Below, piece after piece: positions 60,001-64,000 of a stretch of 64,000 nt of DNA. Location of the stretch: positions 320,001 to 384,000 of the forward strand of contig CAVXRD010000003.1 in assembly GCA_963764165.1 (NCBI GenBank), in the 5' to 3' direction. The stretch comes from an uncultured Verrucomicrobiae bacterium. Its GTDB lineage: Bacteria > Verrucomicrobiota > Verrucomicrobiia > Limisphaerales > Palsa-1400. Within the stretch, counting starts at the first letter, position 1, and each line of letters opens with the position of its first letter. The position numbers were made by a program, and so were the translations under genes. The notes beneath the pieces were generated by a model that had not been told where the DNA came from, ran no database searches, and saw only the letters and a program-made list of their open reading frames with translations.

Positions 60001-63000
60001 GAAACCGGTGACGTTTTGCAACACCGGGATGCTCACTGGATAGTAAAGATCGAGCACCATGACATAAAACGGAGTGGTCACGGGCGCGGGGTGCGCGTTT
60101 GGATCGAAGGCCAATGTGAAATTCTCCGTGTAACTCAGGTTCGTGTTGCCGAGCGTGATGCTAATATTCTGCGCGGATTTAGCCGCGGCCTCGGCAGGCG
60201 AGAGTTCGAGGCTTCGTTGCGACCCGACGCCGGCGACATGCAACACCGAAGCATCGCCCCAAGGCGCGGAAGGCGTGACTTTAAATTGGAATTGGGCCGG
60301 GTCGGCCGTAGCCGGGAATTTGGCCACGGTGCCTTGATTCGCAAGATACGACGCCGCCAGCATGCCGAAGGAAGGCGATGTTTGGGTTCCCACCGTCAAG
60401 AGAGTTGACGTGACGGATGCGGAACCGCCATTCGCGTTCGTCGAAACCAGGTCGTTCGTCGCAAAGTTGCCGCTAATGACCGAATTGCTCGCAACGAGCG
60501 AAGCAGATAGTCCGCTGCCCAACTGATACAAACCGCCGCCATATTCGGCTGTGTTCGCGGTAATCTCGGTGTTGGTTAAAACGACGCTCCCGTTAAGACT
60601 GTAAATGGCGCCGCCTTCGCTCGTGGCCGTATTGTTGGTGACTATTGAATTTTCGAGAAACAAATTGCCTTCGCTATAGATCGCGCCGCCGAGGGCGGCC
60701 GAACCGCCTGTTGCCACGCAATTGCTCAAGACGAGCGTCGCGCCCGGATCGACCTGGAACAAACGGCTGGAGCGCACGCTCTCTTCCGCGGTAAGAATCA
60801 AGTTGGTCGGCCATGTGGGGCCAACCTCGTCCGGCTGGACATAGATCGGCGCTATGCAAATATTTCCGCTGATATCGATCGCCGAGAAACTGCCATCGGC
60901 GGCAACGGCTTCTGCATTCGTCAGCCCGACAGTATCATCTAACGGATAAATTGGCACACTGATGAGCCATTGGAGCCCCGGGCCAAAGGAGTTCGCAAAA
61001 GCAATGGCTGAATCAAGCGTCGGCTCGTAGTAGGGCGACTGACCGTTAATCTGGCCGTATGCGCCGACGAGTATCTGGCGCGGATAAATGCCGACATAGT
61101 TGGTTCCAGTAACGGTTTCCGAATAGTTGGAAACGGTAAACGTAAACCCGCTTTCACCAACACTCGGGTTGGTTGGCGTAAATGTGATCGTATTGGAAGA
61201 ATAGGTGACGCTCCCGCCGCCGAAGGCGCTGGCGCCGACGAACACCAGCGGATCACTATAAGGATCGAATGCGAGGAGCGAAAGAGGAATGGTTATCGGA
61301 ATGCCAACAAAGCTATTTGTCCCCCCAAACGTCCACTCCGGCGAATGCGGGTCTTCCTGGCCCACAATGGCCACGCTGGCAACAGTCGAGGTCGCATAGC
61401 CATCGGAAGCCATGTAGGTGAAGTAATCCGGCGCATACGCTGTAAGATTGCTCGGAGTGTAAGAAACGTAGGCCGAATCCGAAATGAAGTTTGTGGCCAA
61501 AAATCCGTTCGTCGGCGGCGTCACAATGATGTAGGACAGAGAAAGGTAATTTGGATCTGTTCCCTGGAAAACGATCGGGACTGTGCCCACTAACGAAGCG
61601 TCGTGATTGGTGACAATAAAGGAAGCAGCCGAAGGCGCGGCGGGTTGAACGTCGATGGTTACAGTATTGGTGGTGGACTGAAATCCGCCGATATAGGCGA
61701 CAAAGCTGAAGCTATCCAGGCCGAAGTAGCCGCCCCCTGGCGAATACACATATGCCGCGCTCCCGCTGAACTGCGTCGCCAGCGATCCGTGCGCCGGGGA
61801 TGAAACCACGCGGTAAGTCGCCGGCAAATTGCCAAGATTCGTGGTTGCATCAGAGCTGGTCAGCGTAATCGACACGGGCTGCCCTTCCTGCGTCACAACC
61901 GATTGGGCCAGCGCCACTGGCACGGGGGACGGAGTCACAATCATCGTCACCGTGGCCGGCGGTGAGTCATAGAGGCCATTGTTGACCACGAACGCAAAGG
62001 AATCCGTTCCATTGAAGTTCTCAATTGGCGTATACTTATAAATTGCCCCGTTCTGCCCTCCCGGCGCAGCAAACGAAACCGCGCCTCTTAGCGGCTGCGA
62101 CACGATTTTAACCGTCATATTGCTGCCTTCCGGATCTACTCCGTAAAGAAACATCTGGATCGAGCCGTTTTCCGGCACCGAATTGGTGGAAGCTACCGCT
62201 GCGGGCGCCTGCTCCACGTATTGGACGTTGAAGAACACGGTGACCGGGGCGGACGTTAATCCATTTTCTGATGCCGTGTAGGTAAAATAATCGGCTCCGT
62301 GGTAATTGGTCGTCGGCGTGTAGGTCATGTTCGGTGGTGTTCCGGTAAGCTGGCCGCGCAGATTGTTAGTGATGAGTTGATAGCTTAGGACCTCGTTGGT
62401 GAAGAAGGCCGTGGCTGTCAAAACGAAGTTCGTGGGAATGTTTTCCAGAACGCTAACCGCAATATTTGCCGACGCGGGAGGCTGATCGACGAAGTTGACC
62501 GTGATCGAAATTTGCCCAATCGCCGAGGTCATCACACCATCTGTGACCTCGAAGCCGATGGTGTCGGTCCCGAAGAAGTTTGTGTCTGGCAAATAACTTA
62601 AATTCGGAGGGGTTCCAGATAACGTTCCATTGGTAGGTTGGTTAACTACGATATAGCGCAAAGGCTGCACGCCCGCGCCGGTCAAAGTCAATGTCAACGC
62701 GTTGCTATTCTCATACGCCTGCAGTGACTGCGGCAAGGCCTGAGGCAGTGGCAGAATATTAACAAGAATGATTTGCGTGGAAGATGATCCCACGGCGTTG
62801 TAAGCATCAGGCAGGCCGGCCGCCTGGACGAGAATGCTGCGGGTCGCGCCGTCAGCATAAGAGAACGAGGCGGCTGTGTATAACACATTGCTGACGATGG
62901 CAAACGAACCGTTGTCCGTTGAGCCGGGCCCGCTGACCAGGCTATACGCAATGCCAGGAACGGAAGGATCGGAGTCTTGCGCCGCCAGGTATCCCGCAAC

Positions 63001-64000
63001 AGACCCAATCGGTTGGGATTCATAGACGCCGTTGGATGCCAGCGTAATCAATTGGGGTGTGTCATTGACGTTCGTAATGGTGATGAAAACCGTGGAGAGA
63101 CTCTTGACGCCCGAGTATCTGTCTTGGGCAAAATAATTGAACGAGTCGGAATGCGCGACGCCGCCGTTCTGTGTGTAGGTGAACGTGCCGTCCGTGTAGA
63201 GCTGCAGTGTTCCATGCTGCGGCTGCGATTCCGCAACTGCGGTAAGCGCAAGCGGGTTCAAGTAATCCTGATCTCCGTTCAGAATGGAATTCGCCCCGTT
63301 GGTCAGGACAGAAACCGACTGCCCGGCAGCCACGCTCACAAATTGATTGGTGGCCACCACGTTGAGCTGCGGGGCGACAGAGATGTCAAATTTGTACGGG
63401 TGCGCCCCGGTGTAGATGCCATAGTCCTCCGCCTGCCACGTAAAAGAATCGAGGCCTGAAAACCCGTAATTCGGGACGTAGACAAACTCGATTTGCCCCC
63501 AATACTGGTCGAAGTCGATTTCTTCACCGGCCGTGATGGCTCCGTAATAAACAAAATACAAGGTTCCGTTCGTTGGCACCGTATCAAATATAACCCCAGT
63601 CATTCCGGCTCCGTTAATTTCAGCCTGATTGTAAAACGCATCGGATGAGAACTCGAAGAAAGAATCGGTAACCGGTCCGGACTGGCACCAAAGATTGACC
63701 GGTTGGTAAACAGCGGCTTCCAACTGGCCGGACGGCGAAACCAAGACCAGGTCAAGCGCCCCGTCTCCATTCAAGTCCGCCATCGCCGCCGCCGTCGCAT
63801 TGCCAATGGTGCCTTGATTGCCCAATAGCTGCCTTCCGGCGTTGGTCTGAAAGTAAACGCTGACCTCAGGCATGACCGCGGCGCCACTGGCGGCCACCGC
63901 CAAATCGCCATAATGGTCTCCATTGATATCACCCACGCAGAGAGCGTTCGGATTTTCTGCCGCCACACTGCAATAGTATGTGAACGAGCCATCGCCCTTG
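54070..64000 (-). CDS. Giant multidomain surface protein (>3300 aa, 5'-truncated by the window edge): FG-GAP, tandem Ig-like/cadherin repeats, GGAI beta-helix segments, 3 PKD, LamG, 6 FN3-like repeats, C-terminal putative sorting domain
   Basis: Frame is open to position 64000. GDINGD..DL; P.NGTL..Y.P..NF.G.DSF; GGAIYN; W.W.FGDG..S..Q.P.H.Y (three copies); LEAWV..WTHVAL..YVNG; GL.PGT.YFY; ends YVLQATTNLTDW..RYYRV. Confidence 0.93.
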   Translation of the reverse strand, partial: KGDGSFTYYCSVAAENPNALCVGDINGDHYGDLAVAASGAAVMPEVSVYFQTNAGRQLLGNQGTIGNATAAAMADLNGDGALDLVLVSPSGQLEAAVYQPVNLWCQSGPVTDSFFEFSSDAFYNQAEINGAGMTGVIFDTVPTNGTLYFVYYGAITAGEEIDFDQYWGQIEFVYVPNYGFSGLDSFTWQAEDYGIYTGAHPYKFDISVAPQLNVVATNQFVSVAAGQSVSVLTNGANSILNGDQDYLNPLALTAVAESQPQHGTLQLYTDGTFTYTQNGGVAHSDSFNYFAQDRYSGVKSLSTVFITITNVNDTPQLITLASNGVYESQPIGSVAGYLAAQDSDPSVPGIAYSLVSGPGSTDNGSFAIVSNVLYTAASFSYADGATRSILVQAAGLPDAYNAVGSSSTQIILVNILPLPQALPQSLQAYENSNALTLTLTGAGVQPLRYIVVNQPTNGTLSGTPPNLSYLPDTNFFGTDTIGFEVTDGVMTSAIGQISITVNFVDQPPASANIAVSVLENIPTNFVLTATAFFTNEVLSYQLITNNLRGQLTGTPPNMTYTPTTNYHGADYFTYTASENGLTSAPVTVFFNVQYVEQAPAAVASTNSVPENGSIQMFLYGVDPEGSNMTVKIVSQPLRGAVSFAAPGGQNGAIYKYTPIENFNGTDSFAFVVNNGLYDSPPATVTMIVTPSPVPVALAQSVVTQEGQPVSITLTSSDATTNLGNLPATYRVVSSPAHGSLATQFSGSAAYVYSPGGGYFGLDSFSFVAYIGGFQSTTNTVTIDVQPAAPSAASFIVTNHDASLVGTVPIVFQGTDPNYLSLSYIIVTPPTNGFLATNFISDSAYVSYTPSNLTAYAPDYFTYMASDGYATSTVASVAIVGQEDPHSPEWTFGGTNSFVGIPITIPLSLLAFDPYSDPLVFVGASAFGGGSVTYSSNTITFTPTNPSVGESGFTFTVSNYSETVTGTNYVGIYPRQILVGAYGQINGQSPYYEPTLDSAIAFANSFGPGLQWLISVPIYPLDDTVGLTNAEAVAADGSFSAIDISGNICIAPIYVQPDEVGPTWPTNLILTAEESVRSSRLFQVDPGATLVLSNCVATGGSAALGGAIYSEGNLFLENSIVTNNTATSEGGAIYSLNGSVVLTNTEITANTAEYGGGLYQLGSGLSASLVASNSVISGNFATNDLVSTNANGGSASVTSTLLTVGTQTSPSFGMLAASYLANQGTVAKFPATADPAQFQFKVTPSAPWGDASVLHVAGVGSQRSLELSPAEAAAKSAQNISITLGNTNLSYTENFTLAFDPNAHPAPVTTPFYVMVLDLYYPVSIPVLQNVTGFSGSTLTVVSIGASQYGTTATDGTNIYYTAEEFFSSTDSFTYQVSDGVNTVTGLVYVSRGFYLDDSDISSGADSGAGSLRAEIDFRGSNYVAGGTQIALSTNLIIDLTSADDQVEGPSAFEIQQNVTIYGNGSTMQLDTNASPMRFFHVMPGASLTLVDLTLTGGIAAPSPYGEGDGGAIYNEGTVNLQNVTILNCQAQGETNSFALGGAIFNLGSVTLTNVYLTNNYALHGGGVYQWADGTAVSLETTNSIFSNPESDDDLSATATNSGTVSTLAIGSQFQNPALPWVGAEADFAANSTTEVPIFVGQGSGAVALTAVSENTNVIPSANLTFGGTGGVRQLTVTPSHNGIDKLDIQAALGGISFTRQFKISVNNVAPLTPVAPPEQYTVYGGLSSTLDVLTNDFDPGGATLSIVSASTPTNGSVIVTNNEILYVNDGGSATNDYFTYVVTNNLGGATIGAVSITVVPAVISVNSLYSQGEGTLSAALATLAGYGDSASNWTISISSSLAGQTLNYNQYGATGGDYRAFDITSHVHIDGSAAPGFTITIPAPGYEGPPMHIFRVEQAGFLELSGLTLLGGDSYNLGTPGAGFGGAIYNLGQISISNVTFKGNSVTGYGGKAAGGAVCNDGGVALFVNCLFKDNAVTDEPNSVGGAIFNRNGILTLVSNTFADNVADQAAGVCNFGEAITTITGSGPTGAVEQASLTMTGNTMTNSDGVTDVAEVSVNGGASEVVSVETNAINSLGAPFISTIPDETLPYLTYLPFSYAASGSATFSVFSSNLTIIPNANLSASGNGGSGVLRMIPGSVAGTDAIAAQVTDGPLSYAQVFQVSAAASGPFTTVQFTATPTNGTVPQLVSFQSPSVDSSNQTIAAWKWNFGDGTTSTLQNPTHTYTNIGSYAPSLLATNSLGELVVGFGPPNINLVYPTLQYAVSPTNGVTPALVQFTAPATDSGAVAIASWNWSFGDGSFSTQQSPTHIYTNAGSYALSLRATNVLGQFIICSGLATLPVLPPSVQYAAYPVSGVAPVNVQFVSPAADTGGNAIVSWTWDFGDGTGSVQQSPSHVYSAPGNYNVVLTLTNSGGLQIVATGPPIVYAGAPLTVLDYYRMGENDPGATAGGSSFTMFDSAGTNDLSVTGTAVYSTNVSPVAALLDGSSLSLNLGGESYGTNQNISPVANDFCLEAWVYMTNIYNNPVIIYYGDPGANGWGIGLINRQWYGLYGGVWFFSDGVNAALNQWTHVALVCNAGTSTIYVNGVPSGSCNCTPNPPSGTFVVGGGSAPVGGYLFDGLIDEVRLSTFPDGEFTTNSLLLNTPIAPTIAVAPVVTVGLTTATVTTTVNPNGLDSLAWISYGTTTNLGLNSAPTNVYAGTLSPFSIELSGLQQGASYYYAVVASNADGVVRGSISEFSMNIPPVAGTLFASGVTPTSATLNSLVYPKDSPTAVSFAWGTTTNLGNTNFVATLPAEYGGYDISNVLTGLEPGTLYFYTVIASNANGRAVGSIFNFTTAVAPVADTLFVSALTPSSAMLNCEVFPRNAATAVSFAWGTTTSLGQTNLVATLPAEYGGYDISNALSGLEPGTLYFYSVVASNANGISVGSIFSFTTPFAPVASTLLPTALASTSVTLNGEVYPRNAPTTVSFAWGTTTNLGNTNLVVALPAEYGGYSISNVLSGLQPGIIYFYSIVASNTNGTAVGSIFNFTTTVGPVADTLHATALTPSSAALNGEVFPRNAATAVSFAWGTTTNLGNTNLATTLPAEYSGYYISNVLTGLEPGTVYFYSVVATNTNGTAVGSIFNFTTPVGPAASTLYASNVTATSATFNGEVFPRNAPTTVSFVWGTTTNFGNTNEVTTLPAEYGGYFVSNVLSGLQPGAQYFYSVMATNTNGVAIGNIVRFSTIGGGITLGHGQILGAQFANGAFTIEFAGVAGWSYVLQATTNLTDWSSVSTNSLPQSVRYFSDPAATNFDRRYYRVVPAAKHQESQ
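54330..55780 (-). repeat. Five tandem 291-bp coding repeats (97-aa FN3-like units); boundaries approximate
   Basis: aatatgcttccca recurs at 54632, 54923, 55214 and 55505 (exact 291-bp spacing); LPAEY.GY occurs five times. Confidence 0.92.

Noticed and set aside
1..64000. tRNA, rRNA, integrase or prophage genes
   Set aside because: None recognised by eye; no covariance-model scan was possible.

Overview
GC-rich bacterial chromosome segment. The protein families (H-X9-DG prepilin-like protein, Thr-Asn-rich surface proteins ending in a 'W...[FY]YR' C-terminal domain) suggest Verrucomicrobiota of the Pedosphaera/Limisphaerales type; this is an inference. The window begins inside rplM and ends inside a >3300-aa surface protein. 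Between them lie secreted and carbohydrate-active enzymes, a PadR cassette bracketed by 153-bp direct repeats, an ECF sigma / anti-sigma-vWA / 2058-aa membrane protein locus, an intact IS5-family element that splits a ROK kinase gene, two orphan antitoxins with toxin stubs, and many REP/MITE-like repeats. The best candidate for an undescribed system is a tight 10-gene minus-strand operon (37112-49140). It combines TelA, an XpaC-like partner, a vWA protein, two solute-binding/OmpA fusions, a 2OG-Fe(II) dioxygenase and an ABC importer with an ARC/Mpa-type proteasomal AAA+ ATPase. That ATPase lacks the N-terminal coiled coil and the GQYL tail and appears to carry a MIB/HERC2-like domain. All family calls come from motif recognition by eye; no searches were run.
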